The position numbers and the translations under genes are program-made. Positions 1 to 7,839 of a stretch of 24,000 nt of DNA are shown piece by piece. The stretch is from Desulforudis sp. GTDB lineage: Bacteria > Bacillota > Desulfotomaculia > Desulfotomaculales > Desulforudaceae. The stretch's first letter is position 1; each line of letters starts with the position of its first letter. Below the pieces are notes generated by a model. It ran no database searches. It had not been told where the DNA came from and saw nothing but the letters and a program-made list of their open reading frames with translations. The stretch spans positions 6,034 to 30,033 of the forward strand of contig QZIR01000001.1 in the NCBI GenBank assembly GCA_003604975.1. The letters are read 5' to 3'.

Positions 1-152
1 TCCTGGAGTTGAACACCATTCCCGGCCTGACCCCGGTGAGCCTGTTTCCCGATGCGGCGAAGGCCGCCGGCATCGACTTATCCCAACTGGCTGAAACGCT
101 CCTGGCGTTAGCGCAGGAATCCTTTTGGGAAGCTGGAGGTTTTAACGATTAA
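1..152 (+). CDS. ddl: D-alanine--D-alanine ligase, C-terminal fragment (gene begins upstream of the window)
   Basis: Frame 3 reads LELNTIPGLTPVSLFPDAAKAAGIDLSQLAETLLALAQESFWEAGGFND and stops at TAA 150-152. The xEVNTxPG(M/L)T..SL.P..A...G motif is the conserved Ddl C-terminus. Confidence 0.8.
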   Translation, partial: LELNTIPGLTPVSLFPDAAKAAGIDLSQLAETLLALAQESFWEAGGFND

Positions 153-831
153 TACGCAAGAACTAGCCGCGATTATCGACCACACCCTGCTCAAGGCCAG
201 CGCCACCCAGGACGAGATTCGGCGCCTTTGCGCCGAAGCCCGTCAGTACGGCTTCGGTGCGGTATGTGTGAACCCGTGCTTTGTAAAGCTCGCCGCACAG
301 GAGCTAAAGGGTACATCGGTCAAGATCTGTACCGTGATTGGCTTCCCTCTGGGGGCCAATACCATTCCGGTAAAGGTCTTGGAGTCCAAGCAGGCCGCTC
401 TTGATGGAGCAAACGAGGTCGACATCGTAGTGAACATCGGGGCGCTGCTGGAAGGCGACACCCAGTACCTGGTGAACGAGATCGACCGTGTGATCGAGGC
501 CGCCCGGGACGTGCACATGGATATCTCCGCCAAGGCAATCTTGGAGACCGGTTATCTGACCAGAGACCAGATGATCCTGGGATGCTGGGTGGCCACCGGC
601 GCCGGCGCCGGCGCCGACTACGTGAAGACCTCTACCGGATTCGGCCCCACCGGCGCCACCATTGAAGACGTCCGGTTCTTACGCCAGTCCGTCGGCGCCC
701 ACTTGGGGGTAAAGGCCGCGGGTGGCATCAGGGACCTGGCCACCGCCCTCGCCATGGTCGAGGCCGGAGCAGATCGCCTCGGTACCAGCGCCGGGGTGCA
801 AATCATTGAGGAAATGAAAAAGAACACCTAG
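148..831 (+). CDS. deoC: Deoxyribose-phosphate aldolase (start codon uncertain, probably non-canonical ATT at 148)
   Basis: The translation carries DeoC hallmarks: IDHTLLK, GAVCVNP, CTVIGFPLGA, DYVKTSTGF, GVKAAGGIR. The conserved IDHTLLK/VCVNP region lies 5' of the first ATG (268), so the true start is upstream. After the in-frame TAG at 109-111 the only candidates are CTG133 and ATT148. ATT148 sits 9 nt after GGAGG (134-138) and overlaps the ddl stop (ATTAA). Confidence 0.85.
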   Translation: MNTQELAAIIDHTLLKASATQDEIRRLCAEARQYGFGAVCVNPCFVKLAAQELKGTSVKICTVIGFPLGANTIPVKVLESKQAALDGANEVDIVVNIGALLEGDTQYLVNEIDRVIEAARDVHMDISAKAILETGYLTRDQMILGCWVATGAGAGADYVKTSTGFGPTGATIEDVRFLRQSVGAHLGVKAAGGIRDLATALAMVEAGADRLGTSAGVQIIEEMKKNT

Positions 832-921
832 CCGCAAAAAAAGCGGACCCTCTTATGACTTTTTTTCCCATCCATGCAGGATTCTGCCTAATGGCGCAGA
901 AATCCCAGTTAATGGGAGGGG

Positions 922-2055
922 ATGCGCATGCGCTGGATTGTTGTTCGGAACCCGTTAAAGTCGGAAAAGATCCAGAAAACCGACTTGAAACTGTGGTTGT
1001 CCGCAGTCAGGGCGTTAACCAAGCTCAGGGCCGATAAGGCTGCTCTTCGTTTGATCACCAAGGCCTTGACCACTTTTCCGGATCAACCGGACTTGTACTT
1101 TGAGGCCGGACGGATTTATTTGAGACGGGGGCAGTTTGATAAGTCGGTATGGCACTTCAAAAAGGCCAACCCCGGTCTGGAACCGTCCAACTTCATTTCC
1201 TGGCTCGAAGAGCTCGTGAACGACTACAACGAGGCCATTGTCGCCGACCGCGGGTCGGTTCTGTGTGCGCTCAGTACTTGGTACCTGCAGACCGGTGATC
1301 CGTCTAGGGCTCTGAAGTACCTTAGCCCTCCTTATCTGCACCGGTCTTTCCCCGGCGCCCTGAATACCAAGGGGCTCTGTCTGCTGGCCCTCGGACGCTA
1401 CATCCAGGCCCAGCAGGCCTTCGAAGTTGCTGTCAATACCGGCGGCGGACCGGAGATACTCTATAACGCTGGGATCGCCTGTCTGAAACTGAAGCAATAT
1501 GACCGGGCCCTGAAGCTGTTTGAGCAGGCGCAGCAGCGTGGCTTTGCCGGCGCTGACCTGCTAAACCACAAGGGGTTTAGCCTGTATTACCTTGGTCGTC
1601 TGGAGGAAGCGGCCCTCTGCTACGAGATGGCCCTGAACCTGTCTCCCAACGACCACTTGATCCTGGGCAATCTGGCAGCCTGCTGCGAGAAGCAGGGACG
1701 TCTGGCTGAAGCCCTGGACCATTATCGCGAGGCGATCCGCCTGGATCCATTTGACGCCGCCCTGCGTAACAACTTCGCCCTGTGCCTGCAATCGGCCGGC
1801 CGCTACAACGAGGCCCTGCAGCAACACGACCGAACCATTGAACTGGATTCGGATTTGTCCTACGTGTGCAACCGAGCCGTCTGCCTCTACCGGATGGGTG
1901 AAACCGACCAGGCCCTGGCGGTCTACGACGAGCTCCTGCGCGCCAATCCTTCGGAGAGCACGGTCTGGGGTCTGCGGGCCGAACTTCTGATGTCCCTGGG
2001 CCGAACCTCGGACGCCACGGAATCCCTGAACCGGTCGCTCGGCTTGACCGGATAG
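922..2055 (+). CDS. Tetratricopeptide (TPR) repeat protein
   Basis: A 377-aa ORF with repeated 34-residue A/L/Y/G-patterned units (e.g. AEALDHYREAIRLDPFDAALRNNFALCLQSAGRYNEALQQHDRTIELD). GGGAGGGG lies just upstream, and ATG 922 or ATG 928 are both possible starts. Confidence 0.75.
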   Translation: MRMRWIVVRNPLKSEKIQKTDLKLWLSAVRALTKLRADKAALRLITKALTTFPDQPDLYFEAGRIYLRRGQFDKSVWHFKKANPGLEPSNFISWLEELVNDYNEAIVADRGSVLCALSTWYLQTGDPSRALKYLSPPYLHRSFPGALNTKGLCLLALGRYIQAQQAFEVAVNTGGGPEILYNAGIACLKLKQYDRALKLFEQAQQRGFAGADLLNHKGFSLYYLGRLEEAALCYEMALNLSPNDHLILGNLAACCEKQGRLAEALDHYREAIRLDPFDAALRNNFALCLQSAGRYNEALQQHDRTIELDSDLSYVCNRAVCLYRMGETDQALAVYDELLRANPSESTVWGLRAELLMSLGRTSDATESLNRSLGLTG

Positions 2056-2084
2056 ACCATCATCCCAAACTGCAAGATGATCGG

Positions 2085-2123
2085 ACGGAACCTGGAACAA
2101 AAGCCCGGGTTCCGTTTGTTTTT
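2085..2123 (+). terminator. Rho-independent terminator after the TPR gene
   Basis: ACGGAACCTGG (2085-2095) pairs with CCCGGGTTCCGT (2104-2115) around a loop of roughly 8-9 nt, followed by TTGTTTTT. Confidence 0.7.
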
Positions 2124-2188
2124 ACGCATTTTCCCTTGACTACCTAATTGGGGGATAATTAGATATAATACCAGTTAGGAGGCTAGCC

Positions 2189-2578
2189 ATGTACGAGTTG
2201 ACTGTACGCGCCAGTTTTGCCGCTGCGCACCGGCTCTGCAATCACCCCACCAAGTGCCGCCACCTGCACGGGCACACCTGGGATGTTGAACTGACCGTAG
2301 CGGGCCGGGACCTCAACGCGGACGGAATGCTGTTGGATTTTGGCCATCTTAAATCATTGCTGCGCGAGATCGTGGACGGTCTGGACCATTCGTACCTGAA
2401 CGAACACCCGGCTTTCGGAGGGGAAGGCCCGGACAGCAACCCTACGGCCGAGAATATCGCGCGTCACATCTTTACCAAAGTGAAGAACGACCTGGTCCGG
2501 AATCACCCGGCTGTCCGGCTCAGATCAGTAACCGTGTGGGAATCGCCCAAGTCTTCAGTCCGTTATACGGAGGAATGA
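2189..2578 (+). CDS. queD: 6-carboxy-5,6,7,8-tetrahydropterin synthase
   Basis: A 129-aa protein with the QueD/PTPS pattern FAAAHRL...C..LHGHTW.VE...G.....GM..DF and a C-terminal ...VTVWESP. AGGAGG at 2177-2182 lies 6 nt before the ATG. Confidence 0.9.
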   Translation: MYELTVRASFAAAHRLCNHPTKCRHLHGHTWDVELTVAGRDLNADGMLLDFGHLKSLLREIVDGLDHSYLNEHPAFGGEGPDSNPTAENIARHIFTKVKNDLVRNHPAVRLRSVTVWESPKSSVRYTEE

Positions 2579-2581
2579 TCA

Positions 2582-3229
2582 GTGAAGGGAATTGTCCTAC
2601 TGTCCGGGGGGCTGGACTCTTCGGTCTGCCTGGCTTTCGCCGTACGCGAGATGGAAGTGGCCCTATGCCTGACCGCCGACTATGGTCAAATCGCGGCTGC
2701 GCGTGAGATCGAGGCTGCCCGCAACCTGTCCGCCCACTACGAGGTACCCCACCAGGTGGTGGATCTGCCGTTTATTAAAGAAGTCTCGAACACGGCTCTT
2801 TTTGGCGAGACCCCGCTGCCTAAGTTACCTGAAAATGCCCTGGATGACCGGGAAGTCACCAAGGAGAGCGCCCGGGCCGTCTGGGTACCGAACCGCAACG
2901 GGGTCTTGATTAACGTTGCCGCCTGCTTTGCCGAGGCCCGGGACTGCCAGTGTGTGGTGGCCGGGTTCAACCGGGAAGAGGGGGCGACCTTCCCGGATAA
3001 TTCCCCCGGCTTCGTCGATGCCGTGAACGCCTTGCTCAGCTACTCCACGCTCAACCAGGTCCGCCTGGTGAGTTATACCCTGCATCTGGACAAGACCGAG
3101 ATCGTAGACCTGGGCAAGCGACTGGGGCTCCCCTGGAACCTGATCTGGAGCTGCTACTGCGGGGGGGACGAGCCCTGCGGGGTTTGCGAAAGCTGTCTGC
3201 GACTGAGGAGGGCCCTGGATAATGGGTAA
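2582..3229 (+). CDS. queC: 7-cyano-7-deazaguanine (preQ0) synthase
   Basis: GTG start. It has the N-terminal PP-loop VLLSGGLDSS and the C-terminal Zn cluster SCYCGGDEPCGVCESCLLR, both typical of QueC. Confidence 0.9.
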   Translation: MKGIVLLSGGLDSSVCLAFAVREMEVALCLTADYGQIAAAREIEAARNLSAHYEVPHQVVDLPFIKEVSNTALFGETPLPKLPENALDDREVTKESARAVWVPNRNGVLINVAACFAEARDCQCVVAGFNREEGATFPDNSPGFVDAVNALLSYSTLNQVRLVSYTLHLDKTEIVDLGKRLGLPWNLIWSCYCGGDEPCGVCESCLRLRRALDNG

Positions 3230-3797
3230 TGTTCAGCACCTGGTGGATCGGGAAGAGATAACCTACGACGGTACCCAGCTGACCTCACTCTGGGCCTTCC
3301 GGCGGTACCGTCTGCAGGGAAACAGTATCGTGTCCTTCCGTGGTCCCTGCCGGGTGGACGTAGAAAAACTGGTTGACGCCCAGGATACGTTGGACGGGGC
3401 CTTCATCTACAGTCCGGATATGCTCCACTTTATTGTTGAGCACTTCGATAACGATCTGGAAAAGGCAGTTTACCGCCAGCGCCTGCTTGTCGTCCTGATC
3501 AGGGATGTCCTGAAAGGGATGCTGGGCGTGGGAAGGATTTCCCGTACCGGTGACGACCTGTACGTCGAGGACCGGAAGCTCTCGGTTTCCATTGCCACCG
3601 TGAGCCCGGTGAGCACCCTCATTCACACCGGATTAAACATCGACGCGACCGGCACGCCGGTACCCGCCGTCGGTTTGGTCGACCTTAATCTTGGCGGGGA
3701 AGCCGTGTATGATTTGGCTTCCCGTATCTGTCGTGCCTATACCGCAGAGATTGCCAGCATCTTCCTGGCCCGCTGCAAGGTGCGGGGGGTATCCTGA
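3222..3797 (+). CDS. Conserved protein of unknown function embedded in the preQ0 operon (resembles what I recall as the DUF366 family)
   Basis: A 191-aa ORF overlapping the queC stop by 8 nt and ending 2 nt before the queE ATG, which implies translational coupling. It has no recognisable catalytic motif. The family assignment is from memory of DUF366-type sequences (ML HFI.E.F, KLSVSIAT.S..S.LIHTG.N) and is unverified. Confidence 0.6.
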   Translation: MGNVQHLVDREEITYDGTQLTSLWAFRRYRLQGNSIVSFRGPCRVDVEKLVDAQDTLDGAFIYSPDMLHFIVEHFDNDLEKAVYRQRLLVVLIRDVLKGMLGVGRISRTGDDLYVEDRKLSVSIATVSPVSTLIHTGLNIDATGTPVPAVGLVDLNLGGEAVYDLASRICRAYTAEIASIFLARCKVRGVS

Positions 3798-3799
3798 CG

Positions 3800-4534
3800 A
3801 TGACCTCAGGCAGTATTGTGGAAGTCTTCACCTCGGTGCAGGGCGAGGGGCCGCATGTCGGCTACCGGCAGTTGTTCGTCCGGCTCGCGGGGTGCAACCT
3901 GGACTGCAAGTACTGCGACACAGACTTCCGGGCGGCTCCCACTTTCCGCCTCGAGGACGACCCCGGCTCGGGCAGATTTCGCAAGGAAGCAAACCTGGTG
4001 GCGCCGGACGTCTTGGTGGAATACATCGCCCGGCTCAAGGCTTCCGATTATCACTCGGTCAGCTTCACCGGCGGGGAACCCCTGGTACAGGATGCCTTTC
4101 TGATGGAGGTACTGGCTGCGGTCAAGGCCCTCGGCTGGCGGACCTACCTGGAGACCAACGGCACCCTGACTACGTCGCTGGAACGGTTGATTGCGCTGTG
4201 TGATATCGTGGCGATGGACATCAAACTCCCCAGTGTCACCGGCCGTCCGCTGCCTCAGAGCCACGCCGGCTTTTTGCGAGTGGCGTCCGCCCGTGAGGTC
4301 TTCGTCAAGGTAGTGGTGTCTGAGGAGACCAGCAAGGCCGAAATCCAGGTGGCAGCCCGGCTGATCCGGGAAGTTGACCAGGGGATTCACCTAGTGATTC
4401 AGCCGGTAACCTGCCGTGACCGGACCGGTTCGATCCCGGCTCGTAGGATTCTGGAGCTGCAGCGCACCGCCCTCGGGGAACTAAAGCACGTCCGGGTGAT
4501 CCCGCAGACACACCATTGTGCCGGAATGCCATAG
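3800..4534 (+). CDS. queE: 7-carboxy-7-deazaguanine synthase (radical SAM)
   Basis: N-terminal [34 protein letters not shown] (CxxxCxxC radical-SAM cluster preceded by the QGEG motif), plus SFTGGEPL and LETNGT. Confidence 0.9.
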   Translation: MTSGSIVEVFTSVQGEGPHVGYRQLFVRLAGCNLDCKYCDTDFRAAPTFRLEDDPGSGRFRKEANLVAPDVLVEYIARLKASDYHSVSFTGGEPLVQDAFLMEVLAAVKALGWRTYLETNGTLTTSLERLIALCDIVAMDIKLPSVTGRPLPQSHAGFLRVASAREVFVKVVVSEETSKAEIQVAARLIREVDQGIHLVIQPVTCRDRTGSIPARRILELQRTALGELKHVRVIPQTHHCAGMP

Positions 4535-4553
4535 ACTAAGGAGGAACGGTGTT

Positions 4554-5114
4554 TTGGACCTGAAAAAGATCGAGCAAGCCGTGATGATGATCCTGGAGGC
4601 TGTCGGGGAGGATCCGCAGCGGGAAGGCCTACGTGACACGCCGGCTCGGGTGGCCAGGATGTACCGGGAAGTTTTTGCCGGGCTCTTGGTTAACCCGGAG
4701 AGTGAACTGGAGGTACTCTTTACGGAGAACCACGAGGAACTGGTCCTCGTGCGTGACATCCCGCTGTATTCCATGTGTGAACACCACTTATTGCCCGTCT
4801 TCGGGGTGGCCCACGTGGCCTACATCCCGCAGGGGGGAGTGATCACCGGGCTCTCCAAACTGGCCCGTGTGGTGGAGGGTTTTGCCCGGCGCCCCCAACT
4901 GCAGGAGCGTTTGACCGGCCAGGTGGCCGATGCTATAATGAAAAAACTTGAGCCGCATGGGGTTCTCGTCGTGATTGAGTTGGAACACATGTGCATGACT
5001 ATGCGCGGGGTGAATAAGCCCGGTTCCAAGACGATCACCTCCGCCGTACGTGGGATTTTTGAGAAGAATGCCAAGACTCGGATGGAGGCCTTTTCCCTCA
5101 TCCGTAAGAGCTAG
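4554..5114 (+). CDS. folE: GTP cyclohydrolase I
   Basis: [28 protein letters not shown] and RPQLQERLT are classic FolE motifs. The ORF is open from 4518, but AAGGAGG (4538-4544) followed 9 nt later by in-frame TTG 4554 gives a typical ~186-aa FolE that does not overlap queE. Confidence 0.9.
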   Translation: MDLKKIEQAVMMILEAVGEDPQREGLRDTPARVARMYREVFAGLLVNPESELEVLFTENHEELVLVRDIPLYSMCEHHLLPVFGVAHVAYIPQGGVITGLSKLARVVEGFARRPQLQERLTGQVADAIMKKLEPHGVLVVIELEHMCMTMRGVNKPGSKTITSAVRGIFEKNAKTRMEAFSLIRKS

Positions 5115-5128
5115 GAAAGGTGCTTGTC

Positions 5129-5305
5129 ATGCAGGACGGACGTCATTCACAGTTGGAGTTGTTGGCCCGCCGGCAGTTCCAGAACTATGACGAGATGTAC
5201 AAAGTGGTTGATTTTCTCAACAAGACCCTGAAGGAACACGACCTTATCTTCGGGCTTACCAAGGATAAGGAAGGTACCATGACGGTTTCCATTTATCAGA
5301 CATAG
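5129..5305 (+). CDS. Small conserved protein, YpmA-like (DUF4264-like) - tentative
   Basis: A 58-61 aa ORF (GTG 5120 or ATG 5129). Its C-terminal MYKVVDFLNKTLKEHDLIFGLTKDKEGTMTVSIYQT resembles my recollection of Bacillus YpmA. It is tightly packed between folE and surE. Confidence 0.5.
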   Translation: MQDGRHSQLELLARRQFQNYDEMYKVVDFLNKTLKEHDLIFGLTKDKEGTMTVSIYQT

Positions 5306-5322
5306 AGGTGTTTCGACCGCTG

Positions 5323-6081
5323 ATGAAGGTTTTGTTATCCAATGATGACGGCATTTTCGCGCCGGGAATAACCCACCTGTTGAAATGCTTTAAGGAAATC
5401 AGTGATTTTGTTTACGTGACCGCTCCCGACCGGGAGCGCAGCGCTACCGGGCACTCCATTACCGTACACCGCCCGCTGCGGATTCGCAAGGCCACACAAC
5501 TCGGGGACAAGGCCCGGGGCTGGATCGTGGACGGCACTCCGGCAGACTGTGTGAAGCTGGCTTTGGAATCCCTCATTGACGAGAAGCCCGACCTGATGAT
5601 CGCCGGCATTAACGACGGCCCGAACCTGGGCTCGGACGTCCTCTACTCCGGCACCGTCTCCGCTGCCGTGGAAGGTCTGATCAACGGTATCCCTTCGCTG
5701 GCGGTATCGCTGGCGACTTGGGATGACGCCAGCTATGAGTACGCGGCCCGATTCGTGGTGGATCTGGTCCCTCTGCTCCTTCAAAACCCGCTGTCGCCCG
5801 GTACACTGCTGAATGTCAACGTGCCTCCCGGTGAGGTCAGGGGTGTTCGGTTCACCCGCCTCTGCACCCTCTGTTACACCAATGCCATTCACCGCCGCAC
5901 CGACCCGCGGGGCCGCGAGTACTTCTGGATGGCGGGACAGCCTGAGAGCCCCGATACGGAGGACGAAGGGACGGACATCGGCGCCGTCCGGCAGGGCTAT
6001 GTTTCGATTACCCCGCTCCAGATCGACCTTACCCACTACCAGATGATCGAGGAACTGAAGAAGTGGCCGATCAAGGTCTGA
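5323..6081 (+). CDS. surE: 5'/3'-nucleotidase SurE
   Basis: MKVLLSNDDGIFAPGI..., APDRERSATGHSIT and SGTVSAA are SurE signatures. ATG 5323 gives the canonical N-terminus; the ORF is open from GTG 5308. Confidence 0.9.
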   Translation: MKVLLSNDDGIFAPGITHLLKCFKEISDFVYVTAPDRERSATGHSITVHRPLRIRKATQLGDKARGWIVDGTPADCVKLALESLIDEKPDLMIAGINDGPNLGSDVLYSGTVSAAVEGLINGIPSLAVSLATWDDASYEYAARFVVDLVPLLLQNPLSPGTLLNVNVPPGEVRGVRFTRLCTLCYTNAIHRRTDPRGREYFWMAGQPESPDTEDEGTDIGAVRQGYVSITPLQIDLTHYQMIEELKKWPIKV

Positions 6082-7630
6082 GGCCCGTGCCGATCCGCCC
6101 CGCGATTGCCCGCATTCTGCTTACCTCTTCGGGCGTAAGACCCTTCACCATCACCAGGGTGATCCCGTAGGCCCCAACTCCCGCGACCAGGGCGTAGACG
6201 GTTGTCCAGATACTGTCCAAAGCCGGACCGATGCCGAGGATCACCAAGGCCATTGCCGTGCTGGCTAATACCGGTTTTACCACCGAGTGCCGGATTTCCA
6301 GGGTAAAACCAGTGTGACGGTGGACGTCCCTCAGGTTTAAGAGCGCCAGAATCACGAAATACATCGCCAGGGCGATGGCTGCCCCTTTGGCCCCGAGCAG
6401 GGGCGAACCGGTGAGCACGTACAGGCCGGTGATCTTCAGCACGGACGCGATCATCAGGTTCTTGAAGGGATCCATTACCCGTCCCAGCCCCTGGAGGATG
6501 CCCGTGGTGGTCTGGGCCAGGTACACGAACGGTGCCCCCAGGGCCAGGGTCGCCAGTAGGACGCCGGCGTCGGGATAACCGAAGAGGATCCCGCAGATAT
6601 GGTCGGCCAGCAGGAAGAGGACGACCGCGCTGGGCATACCGATGAACAGGGTGATCCGTATCGCCGAGGAAACCCGGTTCTGCAGGAGAACCGGGTTTCC
6701 CTGTGCCTTGGCGTCTGAGACCGCCGGAAGCAGGGCCGTGGCCAGGGCGATGGTGATCATCCCGGGTGTGAATAGCAGGGTCTCGGCCATCCCAACCAGC
6801 TTGCCGTAGGCAGCCGTAGCCTCTGTTAGTTCCAGGCCCGCCGCCACCAGCCGTTTCGGGATCAGGACGGCATCAATCGAAAGCAGGGCGGTCGAGGCAA
6901 ACCGGGTCAAAGTGACGGGCACCGCCAGGCTGAGGATTCTCCGGCAGGTATGGCCCAGCGCTTCCGTTACGGCGCCGCGACGGACGGCTACCGCCGGCCG
7001 GTACCGTAGAAAGATGGCCGTCATCAGCAGCAGGCCGGCCGCCTCCCCGAGCACCACTCCGGCCGAGGCTCCGGCTGTGGCGTAGGCCACCCCCCGCGAA
7101 GAGAGGATGAAGGCCAGGACGAGGCCCGCGACCACCCGCACGGCCTGCTCCACGGCCTGAGTGACCGCCATGGGCGTCATCTGCTGCAGACCCTGGAAGT
7201 AACCGCGAAAAGCGGAGCAGACGGAGACGATGAAGACCCCGGGCAGCAGTGCCGTGAAGGCCAGGGTTACGTCCGGGTTCGGGAAAAGGGGTCCCAGCAC
7301 GCGGGGGGTCAGTACGGCGGCCACCACCGTGAGCAGAAGGCTGCAGCAGGTAATCATAATGAAGCTGATCCTAAAGATCCGGTAGGCGCTGCGATAGTTG
7401 TTCCGGGCCGTCTCCTCAGCCACCAGCTTAGCGACGGCCACCGGGATCCCGGCACTGCCCAGCACCAGGACCATGACGTAGAGGGGGTAGACCATACTGA
7501 ACAGGCCGATCCCTTCGGCCCGGATCAGCCGTACGAGCAGGATCTGGTAGACAAACCCCAGCACCCGGTTAAAGAGGCTGGATGCGGTCAAGACGAGCGT
7601 CCCGTAGGTTAGTGACTGCTTTTTCTCCAT
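6071..7630 (-). CDS. spoVB: Stage V sporulation protein B / MOP-superfamily (MurJ-like) flippase
   Basis: A polytopic membrane protein of ~520 aa. Its N-terminus LTYGTLVLTASSLFNRVLGFVYQILLVRLIRAEGIGLFSMVYP...GIPVAVAKLVAEE and RGYFQGLQQMTPMAVTQAVEQ closely parallel B. subtilis SpoVB. ATG 7630 lies 6 nt after GGAG; TTG 7642 is an alternative. The 3' end overlaps surE convergently by 11 nt. Confidence 0.8.
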   Translation of the reverse strand: MEKKQSLTYGTLVLTASSLFNRVLGFVYQILLVRLIRAEGIGLFSMVYPLYVMVLVLGSAGIPVAVAKLVAEETARNNYRSAYRIFRISFIMITCCSLLLTVVAAVLTPRVLGPLFPNPDVTLAFTALLPGVFIVSVCSAFRGYFQGLQQMTPMAVTQAVEQAVRVVAGLVLAFILSSRGVAYATAGASAGVVLGEAAGLLLMTAIFLRYRPAVAVRRGAVTEALGHTCRRILSLAVPVTLTRFASTALLSIDAVLIPKRLVAAGLELTEATAAYGKLVGMAETLLFTPGMITIALATALLPAVSDAKAQGNPVLLQNRVSSAIRITLFIGMPSAVVLFLLADHICGILFGYPDAGVLLATLALGAPFVYLAQTTTGILQGLGRVMDPFKNLMIASVLKITGLYVLTGSPLLGAKGAAIALAMYFVILALLNLRDVHRHTGFTLEIRHSVVKPVLASTAMALVILGIGPALDSIWTTVYALVAGVGAYGITLVMVKGLTPEEVSRMRAIAGRIGTGLRP

Positions 7631-7839
7631 GGCTTGCTCCAATAGTAAGACTTGGCAGTTAATACTTATGTGGGGTTGAACAAGCCTATGTCGGCCGTAC
7701 TACGGGAAAAACTTCACCTTTAGACAAGGAATTCGCCTTTATCTGGCGAAATGTTACTGTTGGTTTGTCGTACCTTGTGCCGCAGTATATTAAATTATCT
7801 GCCAGGAAAACATTATATTGACAGAAGGGGGCAATCTGG

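Noticed and set aside
597-616. Perfect (CCGGCG)x3.3 hexanucleotide tandem repeat inside deoC, encoding GAGAGA
   Set aside because: It is in-frame and sits in the Gly/Ala-rich loop preceding the conserved DYVKTSTGF. It is probably a tolerated two-residue expansion. It is slippage-prone in principle, but nothing indicates phase variation.
855-1037. Small ORFs in or near intergenic DNA (855-1037 +, 10075-10287 +, 10153-10350 -)
   Set aside because: They have no RBS, odd composition and no recognisable motifs. 855-1037 overlaps the TPR gene start, and the other two lie in the decayed AT-rich patch around the HD-GYP remnant.
2100-2188. Possible preQ1 riboswitch upstream of queD, as is common in Firmicutes queCDEF operons
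   Set aside because: After the terminator (2085-2123) only ~65 nt remain, and they hold promoter-like hexamers (TTGACT 2136-2141, TATAAT 2164-2169) and the RBS. There is no P1 stem plus the A-rich AAAAAACUA-type tail of preQ1-I, and no room for preQ1-II or -III.
7643-7760. SigE-like promoter (ACATAGG-N14-CATAAGTA on the minus strand) upstream of spoVB, and a TTCGCC/GGCGAA hairpin at about 7731-7749
   Set aside because: Only the ATA and CATA cores match the sigmaE consensus, and the hairpin has no clear U-tract or positional logic. The evidence is insufficient without transcription start data.
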